Source: Eledone cirrhosa
Lineage: Eukaryota
DNA: 64,000 nucleotides
Direction of reading: 5' to 3'
Assembly (NCBI GenBank): GCA_964016885.1
Contig: OZ024743.1
Coordinates: forward strand, 121,954,001 to 122,018,000
Below are positions 40,976 through 54,231 of the stretch, one piece after another. Every line of letters starts with the position of its first letter. Position 1 is the first letter of the stretch. Position numbers and translations under genes: made by a program. The notes beneath the pieces are model-generated. The model worked only from the letters and a program-made list of their open reading frames with translations. It searched no databases and was not told where the DNA came from.

Positions 40976-43900
40976 GGACAACAAAACAACAACAAACTTG
41001 AACATAATGTTGACTGAGTGCTATTATTATTGTATTCAGCTTCATACTACTGCATGCACAGAAGCTTTTATATTTGCTGCTATTATAGTTAATAGCTTTT
41101 ACTTTAAAAAAGCATTTAGTAGGAATTATTCTTTTGTTTTGTGACTGCCATATGTATATATATTGCCTGTTAGTGAAGCTTTGTCTACAATAATCAATAG
41201 AAAGTTATAAATGAGCTGTTTTGGGGTGAGAAACATTTTTACAAGTTTGAAACTCAGTCTCATCAATACTTCTAGAACGCACTAACTTGTTTGGACAATT
41301 GTCAATCACATGAAATTCCACAAAATCATTTTAACATGGATATGATAGTGGCCAAAATATGTGTCTAAAGGCCTTTATCTATTTATTTAGTATGCTTTTT
41401 TATCATGGCATTGTGAACATTTGGAATAAAGAAAATGAGAAAGGATTAAGTTAAGAAAATATTTTAGTATTTCTAAGTATAGTATTATGAAAATTATCAA
41501 TATTTAGAAATTATATATATACATTAAAAATTATCATATTTGGGTAAGACAATTTCTGAAATACATGTCAACAGTTGTGGTAGCTAAACCTCTCTAGACT
41601 AACACTGTAGGCTCGTCTCTAAACCTATATAATGGTGATATCATTTAATTGGCTGCCTTAGTCTACCATCACAATGTACACCCTCTCCATCACAATGTAC
41701 ACCCTCTCCATCACATTACATCTCAATTATAGTGAAGATCACATGAAAGAAACTTAACAGTATACAAAACTGATGGCATCTTGTCCAGGAGAAAGCTAAC
41801 TCAAAATAAAAACTGATATTGGCGACAGTTACTACTTTAGTCATGACAGACAACTTTCCTAGAACTAGCGTCATGATAAACAACACCCAGATCATACCGT
41901 AATGTGTGAAACTGTAATTCAATCAACTGTAAAAAAAGAAGGCTGAAACAGAGGAGACATATACTCTGTTAGTTGCAGTGAGGCCAACAGAAACTTTAAC
42001 TAAAAATATTATGCTGGACAGAAAGGACACTTTGTGACATGATAAAAGGAACTCTGTTTATGCTGCAAAGTGGTTGGTGATAAGTAGGGCACCCACCCAT
42101 AAAGCCCTGCCCACAAAATATCCAACAGAGATTAGCAGTTTTCTCTTTAATGTTAATGCTAGAAAGACTGTGAAAATCATGTTTAATCTAAGCTCGCATG
42201 GAAAAAGTACATCAAACGACGATGATGATGATAATGTCTGACTGGAATATATAGTTAATTCTGGATTCTATAAAATTCAGAGCTTCAGGTTATAATGTAT
42301 CTTCATTTACATAAATATTTTCAAAGCTAATTGTAATATGTTTCCATACGTGTAAACTTCAACACCCCGAATACACACACATGCACAAACACATATTGGG
42401 TCACCACTGAAGGCATTATTTCCATTTAGTATGTAAAAGGCAAGTTAGCTTAGCATAGCTTATTCTTCATGTTTTTGACTGTAGTTAGAAATTAAAGATA
42501 CGAGGAGTAAGTGATATGACTCAACTAGAAATGGAATTTGTATTATAGATTTAACTTAACAGGAGATTATTGTCTTGCAATATCACTCATACTATTCTAT
42601 ATATACAATTATAAAAACAAATTAAACACTGGTATATTTTACTGTGCCTTGGACTATATTGTTATAGGAAAAATATTGTCTAAAATGACATGTAATTTAT
42701 TTAATCGTCTCCTGGCATTCACATTCCTCATCCACATCATGCTGACATTGGTTAGATAGGTCTGTACTACAGCATAACTATTTATGCAGATCTGCCTTAT
42801 TTTGACGTCTTGCCAGGCTTTGTTTCTCCATTTCCCAGTCATGATAAATGTATAAAATGTCTTATCCACCTCTGTCTTCACCCAAATCACTACATATATT
42901 TACTTGAATATAAATATATAAATCTATGCACATAATTAATGGAATTTACATTTAACTCAAAAACTTTCATGTAATGAACCACATTTCTTAATGCTTGGAA
43001 ATCATTTATTATAATTAAACTGACCAGTTCACGCAAAGATACCCACATGATGTACAAAGCAATTAAATAGTTTGCTATCAAGTTTACCAGTAGCAATCTT
43101 TAAAAGCTTTTACAAAATGAGAGTTGAAAATTAACTGTTCCTTACCAGTGCTAAATTTGGTTTGTGCTATAACTAAATGAGTGGTTAGCAATTGTTAATC
43201 AAGAAGGTTGATTCACCAAATGAATGAATATCAGTAAAGCTATACAAGGTATGAGTCATATCAGCAATTAACTTGAACTGGATGTTGGTATCTTCATGTG
43301 TAAACATTTGATCACTGCACTGAACTTTTTATACAGAGATGATTAATGAAAATAGTACCGAGAGCTGTAGACAGTAGATTATTCTTGGGTTTAATAGTAA
43401 GAATGGTTGTGTGATGAGACAGTTCATGGATTATTATACAGGTAAATTTGCTAGTTTGCATAAGTACCAAGTGCTTCAGTCTTATTACCACCAATTTTAT
43501 AGTCAAGCTGTGAGAAGCTGAACTCGTGTAAAAGTCACTTTGAACTGTTTGTTTCAACTTTTCTATTTGTTCTATCAGCAACACTGAAATTATTTTAGTC
43601 CACAAAACTATAGATAGATGAAGAATCATTGTAATTTCACACAATTATTGTTTTTCTATGCTCTATTATCACTGATAAATTAAATCACATTTGATTTAAT
43701 TTATATTCCGAATTGATTTAATTAACTTTTAATGAATGAACAATGCACAAAAAATAATAACTGCAATATTAATTAATTTTAAGAATAATAAAATAAACAT
43801 ATTTTCTTTACATAACTTCAGAACTTGTATAAAAGCATGTCTAGATTTTTTTAACTACAAGGAAATCACATATGTTCAATTGACTTGCTAGAAATAACAA

Positions 43901-44239
43901 TAAAATATTCCTCCTCCATCTGAATAATTCAGTCTTAGATATACTGGTCCAGAAAAAAATGGGATAGTCATGGCTAGAATGTCTTTGATCTAAGGTTTAG
44001 TTAAAATGTCCTATGGCTTAACAACTACTAAAAACATTTCCCTTTTAGTTTTACAATTGTAAGACTGTGATGTGAACCTCTATAAATATTTATTGGACAA
44101 CTGAAAACAATTCATGGATGGTTGCTTTATCCTGTTGATTAACAGTCTTGATCAAAATCTAATCAGTAATATAAAACAGTATTTATTTTACAATGAAATA
44201 CAGTAAAAAAAAACAAACCTACTTGTTTTAGACATCTTA

Positions 44240-44450
44240 ATAATGATTTCTACTATAGACACAAGGCCAGCAATTTTGGGAGAGGGGAAAGTCGATTAAA
44301 TCGACCCCAGTTCATTATTAGTGCTTTATTTTATTGATCTCGTAAGGATGAAAGGCAAAGCTAACCTTGGTGGTATTTGAACTCAGATCATAAAGGGGCG
44401 TAACTCTATGCTGCAGAGCATGGTGTCTGACGCTCTACTGATACAGCCAA
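44240..44450 (-). mobile_element. SINE family B copy
   Basis: Reverse complement of the 39580-39810 type element. Confidence 0.8.
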
Positions 44451-44793
44451 CCCAACACGGCTTAATAATTCAAAGGGACATAAACATAGAAACTAAGATC
44501 TACTGCCAACCAACAAATTTCCAAACATTTACTTTATACCATCCAAAACATAAAAGTATAAATATGCCATTTAACTGTATCAACTTTTGAAAGAACTTAA
44601 GAGAATATCACTTGAAAGACACTAATCAGTACAATCAGTACAAATTAAGTAAGATGAGTAAGATGTCCAGTTTCACTCTACTACTCACTTATAAGAAGCT
44701 TCTTCTGGGCTTTGTATAAACTCCAGATTATCATTGTTCAAAGTTATCAAGTAGTTATTTGTTTATTAAAAAAATCCATCACAGTGAGTGAAC

Positions 44794-45020
44794 TTAACTC
44801 TTTAGCAATTACATTACTCTATATATATACTGTTGTATTTTTGTTGTAGAGGCTTTATCTTACATAATTACCTCACATAATATTGAACCTATGAGATTTT
44901 GATGTTATTTATTTTGAGAACAATACCTTAACATCAGTATGAGCAGCCAGTTACAGCCAGTTTGAACAAAAAGAGGTGAGAGAATTCTGGCTGCATATGG
45001 CCGGTTTAAATGCTAAAGGG
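44794..45020. mobile_element. MITE family 1 copy
   Basis: ttaactctttagcaatt ... aatgctaaaggg. Confidence 0.82.
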
Positions 45021-45079
45021 CTATTGTGTTTTCAAAGTTCAGAGCACCAACTTTATATATGATTATAATGAACATAATG

Positions 45080-46138
45080 TGAATTTCTAATTAAGGCAGA
45101 AGACTAGCAATTTGGAAGAAGAGGAAAGTTGAGGATATTGATTCCAGTATTTGATTGATTCTATTTTATCAATTCTGGAAAGATGAAATGCAAAGTGACC
45201 TTGGAGGGATTCAAATTCAGCATCCAAAGAGCCAGAAAAAATACTACATTGCATTTTGTTTGATATTCTAATGATTCTGCTAATCTTACCTGAACATAGT
45301 AATAATAATTTCAAGTCACAATGTGCCATCAATGTGGAGAGGAGAAAGTAAATTACATCAAACCCTCTATGTGACTGATACTTTATTTTAACAACTTCAG
45401 GATGAAAGCAAAGTCGACTTCAACGGCATTTGAATTCAGAGCACAGTAAGCAAAAACAAATACAGAAGCATTTTTAATCTGATGCTTTAACAACTCTGCC
45501 AATTCACTGCCTATAACTGAACATAATAATAATTGTATCTACTTTAGGCACAAGGCTAGCAATTACCCAGTGCATTACTGGTACTTTATTTTATCGACCC
45601 CGTAAGGATGAAAGGCAAAGTCAACCTCGGCGGGATTTGAACTCAGATCCTAAAGGGACGTAACTATGCTGGAAAGCATGGCGTCCAATACTCCCAATCC
45701 ACCACCCACTGAACATAATAATAATGATTTCTGATTCAGACACAAGGCCAACAATTTCAGGAAAGGGGGAAGTTGATTAAATCGACCCCAGTGCATTACT
45801 GGTGCTTTATTTTATCAACCTCATAAGGATGAAAGGCAGAGCTAACCTCAGCGGGATTTGAACAGAGAACATAAAGGGACATAAACTCTATGCTGCAAAG
45901 CAGGTTATCCATCACTCTACTGATACTGCCAAATAATAATAATAATTGTTTCTACTTTTTGGCACAAGGCCAGCAATTATCCCAGTGTATTACTGGTACT
46001 TTATTTTATCGACCCCGTAAGCATGAAAGGCAAAGTTAACCTCGGTGGGATTTGAACTCAGTTCGTAAAGGGATGTAACTGTGCTACAAAGCATGGCGTC
46101 CGACCCTCTACCGATACTGCCAATCCAAATAATAATAA
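45080..46138 (-). mobile_element. Cluster of five head-to-tail SINE family B copies
   Basis: Units at about 45080-45290, 45300-45510, 45530-45708, 45720-45932 and 45940-46128, separated by (AAT)n/tgaacataat linkers. Confidence 0.85.
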
Positions 46139-46744
46139 TCTGCTAACATATAATACATTTGTGTATTTGTCTGTCACAAGAGATGACTGAAGAAGTAAGG
46201 GGTGATGATAAACTGAGAAAGGAATGGGTGGCAGCGTCTAATATTCACTACATCTGTGTGTGTTTATATGTATAGCAAATTGGCTACACACATTGGCTGT
46301 TATGATTATGTCTGTGTTTGTGTGTGTGTATATGTGTTTGTGTAAATTATATTTATATATAATATTTGTGTGAGTGTATATGTGTTTGTGTGTGTTTATT
46401 TAGAAATATACATAGATAATAGAATTACAAACACACACAAATCTACACATACATATATATAAACAGACACACTTAGAAAAAATAATTATTACATTCACAC
46501 ACATCTATGTTGTGACTGAAGAAGGGCGTCTGTGAGAAACTGCAGAAGTTCAGCGTTCTAAGATTCATCACAGCTGTGTGAATGTGTAGCGATTTGGCTA
46601 CACACATTGACTGTGTGTTTGTATGTTTGTATCATTTATGTGAGTGAGTGTGAAGGAACCAACCAACAAACAAACATCTCTTTTTTTATATTATGTATAC
46701 ATATTACAATTAGCTGTCATTTGTTACGGCATGGGACCAGTTAG
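46139..46744 (+). mobile_element. Possible non-autonomous Helitron-like element
   Basis: Starts atc...tgtctgtcac, has an internal duplication (ttggctacacacattg twice), shares agaatta.acaaacacaca.a.atcta.acatacatata with 48570-48605, ends ccagttag|t. Confidence 0.4.
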
Positions 46745-47188
46745 TAATAATAATATGCTGATATGTATGTGCTGCAGCATAAATTTCATTTAAAATTTTC
46801 ATGTAAAAATTTTTAAAATACCATAACAATCCTTTACAAACAAAACAAAGCAATAAGTGACTCATAAGCAATGACAACACTCAGTTTGATCTAAATAAAC
46901 ATTATAAATATCAATAGGTGTGTTTACAGAGTATGCATGTGGAAGAAAGCTGTGTATTATTGTGTTCACATAAAGTTGCTAAACCTGCATCTAAACTGAT
47001 GACTTACACACATACATGAGCCCAACTCAAGCATGCACATATATATTATGTTTAGTTACAATAAATCAAAGAAAAAGTGCACAAATTATGTTACCTATAA
47101 TAGGCAGGCTCTTTCCTGCCAGAGCAAGGCAATGAAGCAAGAAAAATCAGTAATGGCAGAGAAGACAGGTATTTCTAACCATTTCAGC

Positions 47189-47410
47189 TTAATCCTTTAG
47201 CATTTAGATTACTCTATATTTACTATTGTATTTTTGTGGTAAAGACTCTATCTTACATAATTATCTCACATATTATCACATCTATGAGATTTTGATATTA
47301 TTTATTTTGATAATAATATTTTAACATCAGTATGAGTGGCCAGTTATGACCAGTTTTAAAAAAAAGAGGTGAGGGAATTCTGGTCGGATATGGCCAGTTT
47401 AAATGCTAAA
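47189..47410. mobile_element. MITE family 1 copy
   Basis: ttaatcctttagcattta ... aaatgctaaa. Confidence 0.82.
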
Positions 47411-48246
47411 TAGACATAAGGTTTAGTTAAATGAGTCCAACACCTTAACACCAATAGGATATAAAAAGTAGACAGATGAGGCTAACAGTCAATACAAGAT
47501 GGTATTAGTTAAATGATGGATTCTTTGATTAGTTATCTAGATATTATTAAGCAGTCATTATTATGGACATGATCTACCAATGTTTGGAATTTAAAGCATA
47601 TAAACTTCATTTTAAAGAAGGCAGGGAGATTAAGGGAAATTTAACTGCTATATTAGTAGTAGCTGTAGAAATTGTTTTCTTAGTTTCAGGTAAAAATGTT
47701 ATTTATTTTGCGTATGAGAAATGTCAAAAGTATTAGTAAGAAAATTGATAAGGCATAAGAAAGTAAAATTTTATTCCTTTGATGTGTAATGTTAACTGGC
47801 AGTCTATGTTAACTCTTAACACCCTGTACCACTTTAAACAATATTAGAAATACATTATTGAACAGTACGAAATAGCACTATGATAGCATCACAATAAAAC
47901 TTGAAGTCTACTTTTGTTTATTGCAAATGTTCACAATAATCTATCCACTAGAAAGTTACTGTAAACATTTGTTTTAATAAACCCATTATAAAATATTTTC
48001 TGCTAAATCAATGCTAAGAGTTAAAAGTTGTTCGTAAGGGAAAGATTTTATTAGTATAATAAAATCTACACTTAATTATATATCATCATCATCATCACCA
48101 CCATTTAATGTCCAGTTTTCTACGCTGGCATGGTTAAGACGAGTTATCCTGTTGTGAGTAATGCTAGGTCAGGTGGCCATGTCATGCTCATACAGAACCA
48201 ATTTTGGCTTAGTTTTTACAAGATGACCTTCCTAGCGCCACATAGA

Positions 48247-49040
48247 TCTCTCTCTATATAAAATTCTTTGTCTGTCTGTTTCCTTATGCATTCTCAAACA
48301 GCTTGACCAAATCAAATCAAATTTTACAAGACCCTGGGATTAACAACATGTGATTTTTATTTTCATCTGGATTAAAACAATATGACATTTTATCTAAAAT
48401 ATTCTACTATAGACTATAAGTAAACAGCATTTTATAACACAACGACGATGTCACATTTTGTATATGAGTGTGAGTGTGTGTGTGTGTGTTTGCACATTCG
48501 TTATATACGTTAGGCCTTAGTAAGTTACATACAAATACATCTTCAAGTAAATATTTAATCAGATACAGAGAATTAAACAAACACACACATCTATACATAC
48601 ATATACATATGTGATGACTGACAAGTATGTGTGTGAGTATATATGAGGTTGAATTTAAGAGGCTTCAGTTACCAGTCAAACTAAGTTTTGTTATTTCAAT
48701 TAACAAATCTCAGGGTCAATCCCTCAAGGTAGTTGGACTTGATCTCTCTACTACATGTTTCTCCCACGGTCAACTCTATGTTAGTTGCTCGCGAGTTGGA
48801 AACAGCAACAATTTATTCATTTGGACACCAACAAAAAATTAATATTGTTTACCCTGAGGTGCTTCAAGATTGACAGATTTTGATTTCTAAATTCTATTAT
48901 CATTACAATTTTGATATTTTTAAAAATAAAATGTAAATATTTTGAAATAATTATGAGAAAAAAATATATCTCCATATTTATTGTTTACTAATCTGAATAA
49001 GAACAGCAGTAATCAGGGTAACATTGGGTCATTCAGCTAG
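48247..49040 (+). mobile_element. Internally deleted Helitron retaining PIF1 helicase C-terminus
   Basis: A|TC start; 48650-48870 encodes [31 protein letters not shown]...[13 protein letters not shown]...NIVYPEVL (helicase motifs V/VI); ends cagggtaacattggg...CTAG|T. Confidence 0.85.
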
Positions 49041-49065
49041 TATATATATATAGTATATATATAAT

Positions 49066-49448
49066 GGAGGCACAAGGCTTAGTGGTTAGAGCATTGGCCT
49101 TGCAATCGAAAGGTTGTGAGTTCAATTCTCAGACTGGGTGATGTATTGTTTCCTTGAGCAAGACACTTTATTTCACATTGCTCCAGTTTCCTCAGCTGTA
49201 GAAATGAGATGATAGGACTGGGGTCCCTCTCATTCCACTCCAAAGTGGTTGTGGAGGTGCCACAGCAAAAAATCCCCCAGCCCACACTGTAAAGTGGACA
49301 TGTAGGCACCACGGAAAAAAGCACCCAGCACTCACTGTAAATGAGGTTGGTGTTAGAAAGGGCATCCAGCTGTAGAAATCAAGCCAGAATCAGTTCCCAT
49401 CCCACCCTTGCAAGTAGGGAAAAGCGGACGTAAAATGATGATGATGAT
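49066..49448 (+). mobile_element. SINE family A copy with an extra internal module
   Basis: Same head, CORE-like domain and tail as 14319-14665, plus an extra cccacactgtaaagtggacatgtaggcacc unit. Confidence 0.9.
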
Positions 49449-49509
49449 ATATAAAATCATTCCAGCTCAAATCAGTCAAAAATGTCAGATGAAGGAGGCA
49501 TAAAGAGTT

Positions 49510-49800
49510 GCTCACATGGAGGGTGTGACTAGCCATACTAATGGAAGGTAAAAGCGTTCTTGATTAAAAGATAGCAGTTTAGTCTTAGATGCATTCAATG
49601 ACAAGCCATTCCTTGGCCCACTCAACAACAAATCGATGATCATATTCAACTTTATCAAACATATCAGTCTTACCATTAAGACAAAAATATAGAGTTGTGT
49701 ACCAAGCTGAGAAAATATGTCATCATGATGAAAATTAAGAACAGGTAGGACCCAGGATAAAATTTTGAGGGACAACTGCATTAACACAGAAAGACCTCCA
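49510..49800 (-). mobile_element. Highly degraded LINE RT remnant
   Basis: NGLSLNASKTKLL motif typical of the region after RT domain 5; many disruptions. Confidence 0.4.
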
Positions 49801-51164
49801 GTTTGTGATTTGATAAGAAAGATAGTTTAATACAAAACCTGGCACCCTTCTTTTTCTAGAAATAGTTACCTGCCAGAATTAGTAACCAAATGACACCAAT
49901 AAGTTGAAGGAAATCAAACTAATTGTAATAACTTTTTAATGATACTTTTTCTTTCAATCTTGCTTAAGATTGAAATCTTACTTCTGACTTGTGTTTTATT
50001 GTTATCATTCTCTCTCCCTCTGCCTCCCTCACTTACTGTCTCTCCTTCCCTCTTCCACTCTATGAATTCCTATACAAAGTTCTCTTATTCGATCTTTTGC
50101 TTTCAAAGTACTCCCAGCATATGAGAGGTTGGAAGTAAACAAAAATTCAAGAAACTTGTTGGAATTTTAAAATGGATGAAATGGTAAAAAAGTGTTTTGT
50201 AATGGATTTGTGGCAAAAAAAACAACTATATCCTAAATGATGCTTAAAACATTTTAAACATCAAAATATTAAAATTTCATAAATATATTTTATACTCACG
50301 AGAACTTCAAAATCATATCCTCTAAATCATCAGCTTATAAATAGGGTTTGGATATTTAAAATAGGGCATCAGCTTATATTTGAGTATATGGTAGATATGT
50401 TTGATAATTTTAAAGACATTTTTATTGGATTATGTTTCGTAAGATTACACAGCTATTTATTTTAATATATTTGACATTTGAGCGCAATATTTGACAACTC
50501 GGGTAGTTAAATAAACCTTTTGTTGCTATATTTCCACTGAAATATACTGTCTATGATTTACAATTAATTTTTAAAATAAAAAAAATTGGAGGGATTTAGT
50601 AAAATAATTAACTTTCTCATTATTAAGTTGGTGTTTGGAACAAAACAATATTTTTGGGATCTTTTCGGTTTGGCTGCCAGCATTAAAGTTTATCGAACAT
50701 TTTTGTACATAAAATATTTTGATTTAAATATAAACACTTGAAAACAAGTGGCTTTGTATCATAGAAACTGGGGAAATTTGGACTATTATGATTTTAATGT
50801 TTTTTCTAAACCATGTTATATATGATAATTAATCAGTTAAGAAAATACTGAAACTAAATGTCAATAAATTTTTCTAGAAAAAGAAAATATGTTTTTGGAC
50901 CCTCTATAAATGGTTTTATAGTATAACATCAACTTAGAAGCAGTAGCTAAATAAAATCCTAATTACTCATTGATATTAAATAAAATTTAGTTATTTACAG
51001 AGACCAATTCATCACTAAACATACATAGATATTTTATGAAAATATTTTTGAGTATTTTGAGGAAACCATCCTGCCTTTGTCAAACTTACTAACAAACAAT
51101 AGAAGGAACTGTTACACTCGTCTTAGTTTTCCCTATATCAGGTGATGGTACTAAATCCCATATT

Positions 51165-51545
51165 TTTGTTTAACCTTAGATCAGCCCTTCTTATATATCA
51201 TTGAATACATTGTTCAATATATCCTTCTTTTTCTAAGATACAGTGCGATTTGAGGGAGATTTGGTTGCTATTTCTAGGAAGGCATTTGACCACATAGATG
51301 CTTCTTCATTGGCTTGTAAGAATTATAAAACTATGGTAGGTGTTTATCTCAAGGTTAGCTCTAACTGAGTAGACCTATGATTAAAAACATTCCAGCAGTG
51401 ATGACATCATTTTTTTAGAAGGAATCTAAGATAATATCTAATGTGTCTTTTCCGTATTAAGACATTAAGATGTTGTTTGATGAAGATATGCCTGCTATTT
51501 CTAGCAGCTTGATCAACACCACAGAAACTACCTCATTGGCTCATG
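51165..51545 (+). repeat. Two tandem copies of an old interspersed repeat
   Basis: gatttgagggagatttggttgctatttctag...cacatagatgcttcttcattggct duplicated; reverse copies at ~30890-31040 and ~43870-44030. Confidence 0.6.
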
Positions 51546-52434
51546 CATACTATAGTAGTCAAAGAAGGTAAAAGCTTCTGCCCTAAGGGCTGTTAAAAGA
51601 AACAAAATCACTGTTATTTCATAGAATATCTTAATAATGTACTAGAGACAACAAATGAAAAGCTGTGCAGTAATAATTAAGTAAAGGAAAAAGCATTACA
51701 CTTCTAAAGCAGTTCTTATAAAGATTAGATTAGCCAAACAGGATTGATTCCCCTTGATAAAGCCCCATTACACTAGCTTTAAATTGTTTTATTCAAACTT
51801 ACATATATTCTAAGCTCCCCTAACCTAATTTTATATGGCTATGATATATTACTATCTCCTCTCATCACTTTCACCATTTTACACTATTCATTCTCATCAT
51901 GTATCAGATGGAGATTTTACCATGTTTCTAATTAAGTACATTGTATTTTAATTATGCAATGAAAAATTAAGAGGAATTTACTAAAATTATTTATCATTTC
52001 ATTATTAAGATCAACAAAATAAAATACCAGTAATGCACTGGGATAATTGCTGGCCTTGTGCCAAAAGTAGAAATAATTATTAAGATCAACAATAACAATG
52101 ACGAGTTTAACTAAACACTAAATAAAGAGTACTTAAACATCACTACCCAATGGTATGGGCCTGGGCAGTGTGTAACATAACAAAAGGTTCTTCTATAAAA
52201 TTATGTTGGAAGATTTTAATTTCAACAGGAACCCTTTAAAATGGTGGATTTTGTTTCACAGACACAGAGGCAGTTTTAAACAGGTTGGTATTAAACAGGT
52301 CAATCCATGTATTGCTTATCTCTATGTATTGCTTATCTCTAAAACATATTTTGAGTTCACCTAAATTCAGTGGGGTTTTTTTTCACTGAAATTACAAATA
52401 AAAAATTACAATTAATTGTTCATAAATATTTAAT

Positions 52435-52975
52435 ATTACCTATGGTAATGAATCTTGGGTAATGACCGAAAGAATATGATTGCAAATACAAGTGGCTGAA
52501 ATGGGGTTCCTCCGAAGGGTCTTTGGAGTAATGTTACTTGATAGAGTGCGTAGCTCAGAGATCAGAGAGTTACTCCAGGTAGAGTCACTACTTCTTCAAA
52601 TTGGGAGATTACAGCTCCAATACTATGGACATGTGGTTAGAATGTCACAGGAAAGAATCGCTTGACAGATTTTATGGGCAAAAATCAATCGGCAGGAGAC
52701 CCAGGGGTAGACCCTGAGCAAGATGGTTGGATAACATCCATGAGCTTAGCTGGTCTCACTTGGGGATCCAGCCAGATTAATTGGAGACAGTTGCTTCTGA
52801 CAGGACACACTGGAAGGAGTGTTTGAGGATTCTTCCCCCATGACCTTCTCAGGAATAAGTGGGAGGAGGAGGAGGAGAAGGAGGAGAAGGAGGAGAAGGA
52901 GGAGAAGGAGGAGAAGGAGGAGAAGGAGGAGAAGGAGGAGAAGGAGGAGGAGGAGGAGAAGGAGGAGGAGAAGAA
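52435..52975 (+). mobile_element. RTE-D LINE 3' fragment with expanded (GGAGAAGGA)n tail
   Basis: YGNESWVMT...IQVAEMGFLRRVFG...DRVRSSEIR...QLQYYGHVVRM...RRPRGRP...DRTHW; purine repeat 52862-52973. Confidence 0.88.
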
Positions 52976-53631
52976 ATTTTCAAATGGGTAGTTTTGTTTC
53001 ATAAAACCAGAGGTGGTTTTAAATGGGTTGGTACAAAAAGTGTTAATAAAATCAATGTCATTATACTTGACATCAGCAAACCATGTCTACTGTAGGAACC
53101 TCCAAGTAACAATTCCCCCTTACCTCAACTTTCTTGGATTGGAAGTTCTCTGTCAGACTTGTTTTATTGCAGAGCATGTCAACAGAGCTCTCACTAACAC
53201 ACATTCACTCATATATATAAGCAGGGGCTGAAGCATACATCTAGTTTGCATCACCTACCTTCCCTTCCACCACCTCTCCCATACACCTCCCATGTTGTAA
53301 TCACTCCTACCCATATTCTAACACTCCACCCCTAGATCTACCACCCCAATCTCCATGCATCTCCCCCACCCAAGTCCCTAATCCACACTATTAAGTGGTA
53401 ATCTTGATGCCACAACAATGAGAACCAAGTCCACACTGTAAAATGGTCATGTAGGTGTCATGACAAAAAGCACCCAGTACACACTGTAAATGTGGTTGGC
53501 ATTAGGAAGGGCATCCGACTGTAGAAACCAACCCCAAATCAGTTCTGTGACCTGGCTTGTCTCACAACAGGACAGCTCATCTACTCCATTCTAACATGAA
53601 AAATGGAGGTTAAACGATGATGATGATGATG

Positions 53632-53635
<4 letters not shown>

Positions 53636-53675
<40 letters not shown>

Positions 53676-53725
53676 AATTATTGTGTACAGTGCTCAGGTG
53701 CACTACAACTCATCAAAGGTGCATG
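53636..53725 (-). mobile_element. 3'-terminal stub of the CR1/L2-type LINE
   Basis: (aat)n gaaattattgtgtacagtgctcaggtgcactacaactcatcaaa, nearly identical to 57150-57210. Confidence 0.8.
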
Positions 53726-54059
53726 TATATATATATATATAGAGAGAGAGAGACATATACCATTATCATCATTATTATTTAATGCATATTTTCCATGCTT
53801 CTATCGATCTATCTATCAAGCCCTTCCCTCATGAAAAATTGACAACTAAAAACATCACAAAGTTTACAACTACTAGATTTTACAATCTCTGATGGGTTCT
53901 CATATGACCACATATCAATAATAAAGTCAAAACTATGCCGCAAAGGCTAGGCCTTCTCTTCTGGATGTCCTAGAGTAGCAGTACGTCCAAAAGGACATAT
54001 GAAAAACAATATAGATTTAGAAAATAGTTTCAAACTGATCTTATGAGTTGTTATTATCA

Positions 54060-54231
54060 TTAGAGGGTCGGACACCATGCTTTGCAGCATAGAGTAACGG
54101 CCCTTTATGGTCTGAGTTCAAATCCCGCCGAGGTTAACTTTGCATTTCATCCTCATGGGGGTCGATAAAATAAAGTACCAGTAATGCACTGAGTAATTGC
54201 TGACCTTGTGCCAAAAGTAGAAACAATTATT
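54060..54231 (+). mobile_element. SINE family B copy
   Basis: ggtctgagttcaaatcccgccgaggttaactttgc...gtgccaaaagtagaaacaattat. Confidence 0.82.

Noticed and set aside
42654-43644. Minus-strand ORFs of 68-110 aa
   Set aside because: No recognisable domain or consistent splice phase; possibly decayed element sequence.
46185-46560. Two CTGAAGA...GAAA motifs
   Set aside because: No stem II closure or correctly placed UH cleavage site.
52819-53095. Poly-Arg and Gly/Glu ORFs
   Set aside because: Translation of the (GGAGAAGGA)n LINE tail.
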